A stretch of 52,933 bases of DNA, from positions 1 to 52,933 of IMG/VR virus record IMGVR_UViG_3300012920_000054. One strand, written 5' to 3'. The translations under genes were made by a program, and so were the position numbers. This DNA is from a virus. Taxonomy: Duplodnaviria > Caudoviricetes. Under the pieces are notes generated by a model. That model searched no databases. It was not told the DNA's origin and worked only from the letters and a program-made list of their open reading frames with translations. Shown here one piece after another: positions 1-7,171 of this stretch (positions are counted from its first letter, which is position 1; each line of letters starts with the position of its first letter).

Positions 1-1089
1 AATTTGTCCTAAGTTCTCACCACCCGGTAATGTGTCAACTTTTGAACCTCTACCTTCTGCCGTTTGTGCAAAGAAGTAATCTTCCAACATACTCATTGGA
101 TTGTAGGCACTATCTGCCACACTTGCACCTGAACCATCTTTGGATTTGCCTGGTACACGTTTTTGTTGTACTTCATACTTAACTTGTTCTAAGTATTGTC
201 TTGCTTTGTGAGGTGGCATATTACCAACATCAATAAAGAACACACGTCTTTCAGGTGCTCTGTGTACTCTATATATAATAATAGAGTCTTCTAATAATTC
301 TTTTTGTTTGAATACTTTAAAAATAGGCTCTAAAATACTTACACCAAATGGCCAAGCCGCATCCATGCCTTCTGTTAAACTAATATGAACAATGTGTTTT
401 GCATCTACAGGTGTACCTTGATCAACACCATCCAATGCACCTGTTAAATAGCCTCCTCCACTTGTTGGATTTGTAGGACTCATTATACCTGTAAGTCCCT
501 GGCCGCTACCATATGGTCTTGCATGTAAGTTAGAAACTTTAGTTGCTACTTTTTCCTCAAACAAAGGATCTAAGTTTTTAATAAAATATGTTTCTATCTT
601 TTTACCAGCAGTTTCATTTACAATAACTTTTTCAATGTTTGCTTGGTCAACCCAATACAGTTCATATGATTCTGGATCTCTGATGAAAACTTGATCTCCG
701 TACTTAATACTGTTACGGAAAATTCTAAATGCACGTTTATGCATAGTGTTTAGATTACACCATTGCTCTAATGTTTTAGAAATAATTTTTGCTTCTGTGT
801 CGCTTGGAGATTCTGAATACTTAATCGAAAAAGGTAATCCTGATGCTTCATCTTCCTGTGTACCAAATTCTGCAATAACATCTAAGGCCGCATTGATTTC
901 TGAATCGGCATCCATGTTATCATATTGCATATAACGTATAAGCCTGTTAGGCGAGCCAGCATAAACTTCAGGTAACCAACTGGCTAACTGATTAGAGGCC
1001 GCTCCTGCGCCTTCACCGGATTGTTGCGTTTGTAGGTTTAGTGGTAATCCACTATTGTCAACCGGTGTAAAATGTTTTCTCCAACTCAT
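1..1089 (-). CDS. Portal protein (T4 gp20-like), 5' part; runs off the left edge
   Basis: Not in the ORF track. Minus-strand ATG at 1089 (MSWRKHFTPVD...). The frame contains gp20-type motifs RYMQYDNMDADSEINAALD, LEDSIIIYRVHRAPERRVFFIDVGNMP, SMLEDYFFAQTAEGRGSKV and TLPGGENLGQI at the edge. Confidence 0.93.
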   Translation of the reverse strand, partial: MSWRKHFTPVDNSGLPLNLQTQQSGEGAGAASNQLASWLPEVYAGSPNRLIRYMQYDNMDADSEINAALDVIAEFGTQEDEASGLPFSIKYSESPSDTEAKIISKTLEQWCNLNTMHKRAFRIFRNSIKYGDQVFIRDPESYELYWVDQANIEKVIVNETAGKKIETYFIKNLDPLFEEKVATKVSNLHARPYGSGQGLTGIMSPTNPTSGGGYLTGALDGVDQGTPVDAKHIVHISLTEGMDAAWPFGVSILEPIFKVFKQKELLEDSIIIYRVHRAPERRVFFIDVGNMPPHKARQYLEQVKYEVQQKRVPGKSKDGSGASVADSAYNPMSMLEDYFFAQTAEGRGSKVDTLPGGENLGQI

Positions 1090-1109
1090 AAATTAGTCTC
1101 TATTCAAAT

Positions 1110-1148
1110 ATTATACACAGTATTTATCATTAGTCAAGTACTTGTCAA
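1110..1148 (-). promoter_or_regulatory. Composite promoter upstream of portal: sigma70-like TTGACT-16-TATAAT plus GATAAATA late-type motif
   Basis: Minus strand: TTGACA 1148-1143, TTGACT 1137-1132, GATAAATA 1128-1121, TATAAT 1115-1110. Confidence 0.6.
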
Positions 1149-1150
1149 GA

Positions 1151-2053
1151 TTACAATGGCCAAGGTCTGCTACCTTCATGTTGTTTATAAGGCCAATCTA
1201 CATCATCTTGTAATTGCTTAGACCACTGTATTTGCTGTATTTTAGCATCAATTAACTTACATTTATCTATAATGCTTTGCGTTACAATATATCCGTTATT
1301 CTGTAAAAACTGGCAGTAAATAGAGCTAGATGGATGAAAATCATCCTCTTTTTTAGACGATTCTTGCGTCTCCCATGCCGGTATCCAAGTAACAGTAGGC
1401 ACCTCAAATGTGTTACCCATTTCGTTAAATAAGGTACTTTTAGACGCCATTTTGTCGTTTAAATGACTATATGTTTGTATTACATCACTGTTATCTCTAT
1501 GCAAATCATTTAACGTTAGATCGTAATTGTTCTGCTGTTCTGGTTCAACAGAGAACATTTGAAATGCTGTATAAGGTGCTTGTTGCATAACTGTTGTTGC
1601 ATTATCTATAATTGCTAAGTCTCTAATTAAGAATCCTCTGTCGCAATATCCAGCATCATTGTTACCAAGATCTAACTGAGAATGTATACTGTCTCCATGC
1701 ATATCCCAATTATGCAGTTGATTTTTTATTACTTCTGTTTCTCTAAACTTCACGATCTTTTTAAGTGTATCTGCAGAAGTGTAATAATCCAGTCTGTGGA
1801 ATGTGCTCCACATAACACCAACTAAATCTGTGTTGCATAAATTATGTGTGTACTGTAATTGGTTAAGTATAGTAGAAATATATGTGTTACCTTGCCCTGC
1901 TTTGGCATAAGATATAAATTCTAAATGGGGATTTTGTTCTGCAATGATGTTTGCCCATGTAGGCCAATACCATTCTGTAAAACTACAACCAACAACAAAA
2001 AATCTTTTATACTTTGCTGTATCTAATTGTGCGAAGTCTGTGATTAAGGACAT
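1151..2053 (-). CDS. Hypothetical protein, SGNH/GDSL-like fold (GCSFT...WPTWA; terminal D-F-H-P)
   Basis: 300-aa ORF with block I-like VVGCSFT, an AKAGQGN oxyanion-like block and DDFHP resembling the SGNH DxxH motif. Confidence 0.6.
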   Translation of the reverse strand: MSLITDFAQLDTAKYKRFFVVGCSFTEWYWPTWANIIAEQNPHLEFISYAKAGQGNTYISTILNQLQYTHNLCNTDLVGVMWSTFHRLDYYTSADTLKKIVKFRETEVIKNQLHNWDMHGDSIHSQLDLGNNDAGYCDRGFLIRDLAIIDNATTVMQQAPYTAFQMFSVEPEQQNNYDLTLNDLHRDNSDVIQTYSHLNDKMASKSTLFNEMGNTFEVPTVTWIPAWETQESSKKEDDFHPSSSIYCQFLQNNGYIVTQSIIDKCKLIDAKIQQIQWSKQLQDDVDWPYKQHEGSRPWPL

Positions 2054-2072
2054 AGTAAGTAGTTATCATCTA

Positions 2073-4997
2073 CTAGCTCAAACCACTTTCACTACTGAGT
2101 TTATCAACTGCTGATACTGTCTTCTTTGTATTAGTTGAAATATTACCAAGATGGCTTTCTATTTTTGTATTAATTGCTAAGACTTGCATAGTAGGATCAG
2201 ATGAAGTAGTACCATCAGCACTCATAGGCATTATACTAGTTGGACTCGGTGTAGGAGCATCTCCAGGAGCAATAGTATCAATTACTTTGTCAACTGTGTC
2301 CATCAATCTCTCACCAAAACCTTTTGATGTTGCATCGTTAAGTTTTTTAAGTGCGTCTGCTGATGCAATTATTTCTGCTGTTTCTATTGCATTTAGTCTG
2401 TCAATGGTGTCAATTAAAATATTCATTTCGCTTGTGAATGCATGTAATCCAGCACCATCTAATTTTGAGAATTTTTCAAATACATCTAATTGTGCATACT
2501 GGTCACTTATATCTGGTCCACTAAACCAACCTTCATCTGTTGCGTTAGCAAATGATTTCATAGCATCTGATATTGCTTCAATACCTGCGGCAGTACTCTT
2601 TAGTTCTGCTTCAGAAACATCTCCTAACTCTTTGATATTTTTAGTTGTGGCATCTTGTAAGGCAATATCTTCCTCAACACTATTTCCAAACAAACTACCA
2701 ATTGCCTGTGCGGCATATCCAATACCTGCGGCCGCTATACCTATACCTGCAAGTGCTACACCTATTGCCGCTAAACCTGGAGCAACTACTGTTGCCGCGG
2801 CTCCTGTAACGGCTAATACAGCACCAAAAATTCCTAGAGGTATTGCTACCATTAATAAGCCTTTACCAAATTCTTTCCACTCCATTTCTGCAAATGAAGT
2901 TATTGCTGTTTCAAGTCCTAATAATGCAACACCAACACCTGCGGCGGCTACACCAAATGCGGCCATGCCCACAGCACCGGCTCCAAAGCCTGCACCTGTC
3001 TTGGCGGCACCTTTACCGCTTGGCATCTTGTTATCAATTTTACTTCCGCCGAACCCAGGCATTTTGCTACTTGCAAAACTCATTGCACTTTCCATGCCTT
3101 TTGAGAACAACGCACCAGCGGCACTCTTAACTGCCTTATAGGCAAATGCAACTAGTAATGCATTAATAATTGTACCACTAAGATCAAACTGTTCTATTGG
3201 TTCGCCGTCTGGTCCTTCAACTGTGTCTGTGTCAACAATTATATTTGCTATAAATCCAAATACTTTAGCAACTGCTCCTGCCACACCTGCTATGGCACCA
3301 AAGGCTACTGCTACAGTATCAATAAATCCTGTTACGTCTGATGCCTCCCAATTCTGAACCCAACCTGCTACTTTGTCTCCCATGTTTTCAATGAAAGGAT
3401 TTACTTTCTTTTTAATTGATTCTGCAAGATTCTTCATAGAACCTGTACCATCTTCAGTTAAACCAAATAAGCCTGAGAAAGCAAGTGCAATTTTTTCTGC
3501 TTGAGCATTAAGTACCTGGAATATAGATTCTGATTCTTCTACCCTAGCAAGTTCTTCTTCGTTGAGATTTTTTAATTCTTCTTCTGTGAGTACTCTACCA
3601 TCAAGTGTCTTTGTGCCCTCGGTGAATGCACTTAAGAATTGTGTTAACGGTGTACCAAAAGACGCAAGTAAATTATTACTTGTTCCTGCTAAACTACCTC
3701 TAAATTTAGCCAATGCATTGTCTAGTGTTGCAGATGCTTTTGCTAATTGATTTATATCTTCAGCCGCTTGTCCTGATTGTCTTAATTGTCCAATAGAAAG
3801 TGAAAGTTGTTTACCTAGATCGCCAAAGTTCTCAATAACTGGTCTAATTTCTGCAAGTTGCTCATCTGTTAATCCTTTAGCGGCATTTACTAGAGTACTA
3901 CCAAACTCATTCATCATAAGTGCGGCCGCTTCTGGGTTGGTTTTACTCAACTCATTTATTTGTTGTATTTTTGCTCTTAAATCTGTTCCTGCCTGTGCAT
4001 CCAAGGCAGTTAGTGCCTCAAATAATTCTCCACCTGCATCTGTTCTAAATGCAACACTTTCTAACATTGCATTTTGTATAGCATTGTTCACACCTTGGCT
4101 CAAACCAGATGCTGACATTTCACTTGCCATGCTTTGAATAGCAGTCACAAATCCATTTGCTTCTGGACCCATTGACTGTAATAATAATTGTATAGAAGCA
4201 TTTGTTGTTAATGTATCATCAGCCGAGCCTGCAATCTCGTCAATACTTTTACCAAGTATTGCAGTTGCTTTTAATTGCATTTCATAAAGTTCGGCACTAC
4301 GTTTTGCTTGTTTTTGTCCGTCAAGCATATTAAGTAAACCAATTTGCTGTCTAAGTTTTAAATCTGAGTCTAAAGCCTCTGACATCTGTGCAAGAGTTAT
4401 ACCAAAGTCTGAACCGGCGCCTGTGATGTCTTGAATACTTTTTGTGAGCTGGAGGAAATCTCTTCTACCAACTACTGCAATTATAGATGAAGCATCTTCA
4501 AATCTTTCATTAAGTTGCGCCGAAGTGAAACCCAGAGACTGCATAGATGCTCTAAAGTTAGCCGCATCGTCAAATGCATCACCGGTACCTAAGTCTAAAC
4601 TGGTTCCGCCTCTGCTGTCTCGTAATTGATTACCTATTGCTTTTAAGCCAATCGCCGCGGCAGAAACAGCCGTTAAGAATATGCCAAATATTCCAACACC
4701 TGTTTTAAGTGCTGATTGGAACATACCTACACTCTTGCCACTTTCACCAAGCAAAGTACCTTTGCCTTTACCGTCTTTAATCTCGTTTATGGCTTTGATT
4801 AATTCATCATTGTCTTTGCCTTCTTCATTACCGATACGATTAATTTCCTTAACAAGGTTTTCCATACTGCCTTTTTGCTTGGTGGAAACACCTTCAAGTT
4901 TTTGTATGGCTTCCAACATTTGTTGCAGAGTCTGTTCTGTCGCCCATGCTGGTGCAGTAAATTGCTGTCCATCTATTGATAAGTTAATGTCTGCCAT
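2073..4997 (-). CDS. Probable tail tape measure protein
   Basis: 974 aa, Ala/Gly/Leu-rich and helical, with hydrophobic Gly-Ala segments. It lies next to a gp26-like chaperone, within a tail module. Confidence 0.72.
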   Translation of the reverse strand: MADINLSIDGQQFTAPAWATEQTLQQMLEAIQKLEGVSTKQKGSMENLVKEINRIGNEEGKDNDELIKAINEIKDGKGKGTLLGESGKSVGMFQSALKTGVGIFGIFLTAVSAAAIGLKAIGNQLRDSRGGTSLDLGTGDAFDDAANFRASMQSLGFTSAQLNERFEDASSIIAVVGRRDFLQLTKSIQDITGAGSDFGITLAQMSEALDSDLKLRQQIGLLNMLDGQKQAKRSAELYEMQLKATAILGKSIDEIAGSADDTLTTNASIQLLLQSMGPEANGFVTAIQSMASEMSASGLSQGVNNAIQNAMLESVAFRTDAGGELFEALTALDAQAGTDLRAKIQQINELSKTNPEAAALMMNEFGSTLVNAAKGLTDEQLAEIRPVIENFGDLGKQLSLSIGQLRQSGQAAEDINQLAKASATLDNALAKFRGSLAGTSNNLLASFGTPLTQFLSAFTEGTKTLDGRVLTEEELKNLNEEELARVEESESIFQVLNAQAEKIALAFSGLFGLTEDGTGSMKNLAESIKKKVNPFIENMGDKVAGWVQNWEASDVTGFIDTVAVAFGAIAGVAGAVAKVFGFIANIIVDTDTVEGPDGEPIEQFDLSGTIINALLVAFAYKAVKSAAGALFSKGMESAMSFASSKMPGFGGSKIDNKMPSGKGAAKTGAGFGAGAVGMAAFGVAAAGVGVALLGLETAITSFAEMEWKEFGKGLLMVAIPLGIFGAVLAVTGAAATVVAPGLAAIGVALAGIGIAAAGIGYAAQAIGSLFGNSVEEDIALQDATTKNIKELGDVSEAELKSTAAGIEAISDAMKSFANATDEGWFSGPDISDQYAQLDVFEKFSKLDGAGLHAFTSEMNILIDTIDRLNAIETAEIIASADALKKLNDATSKGFGERLMDTVDKVIDTIAPGDAPTPSPTSIMPMSADGTTSSDPTMQVLAINTKIESHLGNISTNTKKTVSAVDKLSSESGLS

Positions 4998-5025
4998 AAT
5001 TGTCTTTAAGTACCGTTTTTATGAT

Positions 5026-5033
5026 GATAAATA
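5026..5033 (+). promoter_or_regulatory. Late-type promoter motif GATAAATA (for gp26-like gene)
   Basis: Resembles the T4 gp55-dependent TATAAATA; the same octamer recurs upstream of other structural genes. Confidence 0.6.
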
Positions 5034-5065
5034 GTTTTGGATATTATTGTGTACCATCTACACAC

Positions 5066-5073
5066 TATTTATC
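5066..5073 (-). promoter_or_regulatory. Late-type promoter motif GATAAATA (for tape measure gene)
   Basis: tatttatc on the plus strand, about 70 nt upstream of the TMP ATG at 4997. Confidence 0.6.
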
Positions 5074-5097
5074 CTTTTTATTAACAGGAGTTTTAAT

Positions 5098-5955
5098 ATG
5101 GCAAAAAGTAAAAGTAATCCATTAGCAGGTTTTTACCGTGCCCCTAAATTATACACGGCAATACCAACTGGTGGAAAATATTATGATGAGGACATCATAG
5201 ACTGGCCTGATACAAATGAATTGCCTATTTTTCCAATGACAGCAAAAGACGAAATGATCATGAAAAATCCAGACGCATTGCTTAACGGAGAAGCAGTTGC
5301 ACAGGTTATTAAAAGTTGTGTACCTTGCGTCAAAGATCCAAGAAAAATGGTTAGCAATGACGTAGACACATTATTAATTGCAATTAATGGTGCAACATAT
5401 GGCGATGAAGTAAATGTATCAGCAAAGTGTCCAGAGTGTGAAACAGACAATAGTGGCGCCGCAAGTGTGCAAACAAGTTTAGATAACATGGTTATGGTTA
5501 AGGACGACTATGAAGTAAACACTGATCAAGGATTAAAAATTACTGTTAAACCATTCCTATATGAAAGCACAATACAGGCAGGACTTGCCAACTTCAAAAC
5601 AACAAGAAGTTTACAGGCATTGCAAGAAGTAGAAGATGAGTTAGAGCAACTTAAAGCATTTAACGAAAACTTTATGAGTATTGCTGGTTTGAACTTTGAT
5701 TTGATCTGTAATAGTGTAAACAGTATTTCTGGCACTGACGCAGACGGTGAAGAGTTTATTGTTACTGATAACAAGAGTATCAGAGAGTTTATGGAAAACT
5801 GTGATGCCGCTATTGGTTCTGCAGTAGAAAAACGTATTGGCGATATCAATGAATTAGGTATCAGCAAAGACTATCAATTAGAGTGTGAGAACTGCGGTCA
5901 TGTATTTAAAACTACTATCGCATTTGATCCTGTAAATTTTTCCACGGCTTCTTAG
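5098..5955 (+). CDS. Baseplate hub assembly/tape-measure chaperone (T4 gp26-like), 285 aa
   Basis: Start revised to ATG 5098 (AGGAG at 5086-5090). Motifs PMTAKDEMIMKNPDALLNG and DVDTLLIAINGATYG, two CxxC pairs (CPEC, CENC), and a terminal FDPVNF. Confidence 0.85.
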   Translation: MAKSKSNPLAGFYRAPKLYTAIPTGGKYYDEDIIDWPDTNELPIFPMTAKDEMIMKNPDALLNGEAVAQVIKSCVPCVKDPRKMVSNDVDTLLIAINGATYGDEVNVSAKCPECETDNSGAASVQTSLDNMVMVKDDYEVNTDQGLKITVKPFLYESTIQAGLANFKTTRSLQALQEVEDELEQLKAFNENFMSIAGLNFDLICNSVNSISGTDADGEEFIVTDNKSIREFMENCDAAIGSAVEKRIGDINELGISKDYQLECENCGHVFKTTIAFDPVNFSTAS

Positions 5956-6176
5956 CAAAAGCAAAACCTGAGGCAGTACTGGAGTTAATTAACAGACTCC
6001 GCAAAGAAGCCGATACCTTAGAAAAGAGCCTTATAGAAATTGCTGTGTATAGTGGCGGAAGTATATCATGGCAAGATGCTCAACTTATGTCCATTAAAGA
6101 ACGTGAATTGACTGTTAAGGTAATCAACAAATATAATCAAATCAAAGCAGGTAAGACTGTAGGGGAAGAAATGTAA
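5940..6176 (+). CDS. gp51-like C-terminal extension (78 codons, -1 frame), probably translated by frameshift from the gp26-like gene
   Basis: Not in the ORF track. The open -1 frame reads FHGFLAKAKPEAVLELINRLRKEADTLEKSLIEIAVYSGGSISWQDAQLMSIKERELTVKVINKYNQIKAGKTVGEEM*. The SWQDAQLMSIKER segment resembles gp51/chaperone C-terminal motifs. No ATG until 6087; slippery AAATTTT at 5934-5940. Confidence 0.75.
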   Translation, partial: FHGFLAKAKPEAVLELINRLRKEADTLEKSLIEIAVYSGGSISWQDAQLMSIKERELTVKVINKYNQIKAGKTVGEEM

Positions 6177-6195
6177 GAGACACTTCGTGTCTTTT
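6175..6195 (+). terminator. Hairpin AGACAC-TTC-GTGTCT followed by T-run; probable terminator of the gp26/gp51 unit
   Basis: Perfect 6-bp stem 6178-6183/6187-6192 immediately after stop 6176, with a short T tract. Confidence 0.5.
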
Positions 6196-6245
6196 CAATC
6201 TACATTCATTCGTTCGTTTCACTCACTTCATTCACTTGATTGAAA
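6193..6245 (-). repeat. Imperfect hairpin with 8-bp outer stem, tandem sheared G-A pairs and GAA triloop
   Basis: TTTCAATC 6193-6200 pairs with GATTGAAA 6238-6245. The minus-strand interior is GTGAATGAAGTGAGT-GAA-ACGAACGAATGAAT. Confidence 0.65.
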
Positions 6246-6249
6246 CTTT

Positions 6250-6630
6250 TTATTAAGATAATCGATTTCATGCAGATTCCGAGGTCATATGAAGCCAACC
6301 AATAAGGCTTCATAAAAAAAGGACTTCATGCGAGTACACGTCGGCCATAAACGAAGACAGGTATTTTGTTTGCACTCTATTGGGCTCTGACCTTACCAAA
6401 CCTGCGTCGATTTTTAATCTCATCTCGCTTCACTTATGAGAATATAGAGTATAGCAATACTTTTCACAACTATTAAGACTTAGCAAATGTATCTCACCAG
6501 TGGGTGGACATTTAAGCATCCTTTCGGGTAGTGCTAAGAATCGCATAACAACCAATGCTCATGCTTACCATCACACGTCAGGATGGATTTCGCAACGGAA
6601 TCATAATTGGCCCGTCAACCGTATGTGTTG
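6250..6630 (-). ncRNA. Candidate large structured non-coding RNA of unknown family
   Basis: Lies in a 566-nt ORF-free gap in an otherwise fully coding genome, directly downstream of the GIY-YIG gene. About ten identifiable stems, a GAAA tetraloop and a pseudoknot; G-U pairs and the GNRA loop favour the minus strand. Boundaries approximate. Confidence 0.6.
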
Positions 6631-6742
6631 TTTGTATGTGTTTTAAGAGTTAGACTTTGTGTCTGTGAGTGCCATGTTTGTATTCAGTAGATACTTATAT
6701 ACACCGATATTAGTGTATAAATTTTTTTGAGTAAAAATGCTC

Positions 6743-7171
6743 TTAAGAGCCTTTAAGGTGTTCCTTAAGAATTTGAGAGCCACCTATACGAACATTGATT
6801 ATGCCGTTGTAGTAGTCATCACTGAGTAACACTTCTCTGTCGAATTGTTCCTTGGCTTCTAAATAACTTGATATGCCCCTGCTAGGACAAAAGTGAAGAA
6901 TTTCTCTGATAAAATTCTCCTCGCCATATTTTTCTACATCTTCTTTGAGATGATCTGAACTTCCCCAATATGTTTTCCAATCGCTTTCTTTGTAACCACG
7001 ACGTTTGTTCTTTTTGCCTTTCAAGGGAGGTTTGGTTGTTTTGAACTTGGCTAGTTTTTTACCAACATACTTCATGCCGTTCTTTTTGTTTGTGATTAGA
7101 TACACAAATGCTTCACAGTCTTCTGGTAATGTGTCTATAATTGCTTTTTCGTATAACCAAGGACTACGCAT
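6743..7171 (-). CDS. Small GIY-YIG endonuclease (catalytic domain only)
   Basis: AFVYLITNKKNGMKYVGKK (GIY...YIG equivalent), YWGSS, conserved Glu in YLEAKEQ and Asn in YYNG. Start overlaps the gp46 stop (TAATG). Confidence 0.85.
   Translation of the reverse strand: MRSPWLYEKAIIDTLPEDCEAFVYLITNKKNGMKYVGKKLAKFKTTKPPLKGKKNKRRGYKESDWKTYWGSSDHLKEDVEKYGEENFIREILHFCPSRGISSYLEAKEQFDREVLLSDDYYNGIINVRIGGSQILKEHLKGS

Noticed and set aside
2287-5034. Long plus-strand ORFs (284, 117 aa etc.) antisense to the tape measure gene
   Set aside because: Shadow ORFs produced by codon bias of the real minus-strand gene; Ser/Pro/Ala-rich, with no RBS or motifs. The same applies to the many short antisense ORFs across the baseplate genes.
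6643-6675. Tiny minus-strand ORF MALTDTKSNS upstream of the RNA candidate
   Set aside because: Only 10 codons and no Shine-Dalgarno; cannot be supported.
6177-6742. Group I intron, tRNA or CRISPR array in the non-coding gap
   Set aside because: It does not interrupt a gene, I see no P7/J8-7 core motifs, no cloverleaf with T-loop GTTCRA, and no regularly spaced direct repeats.
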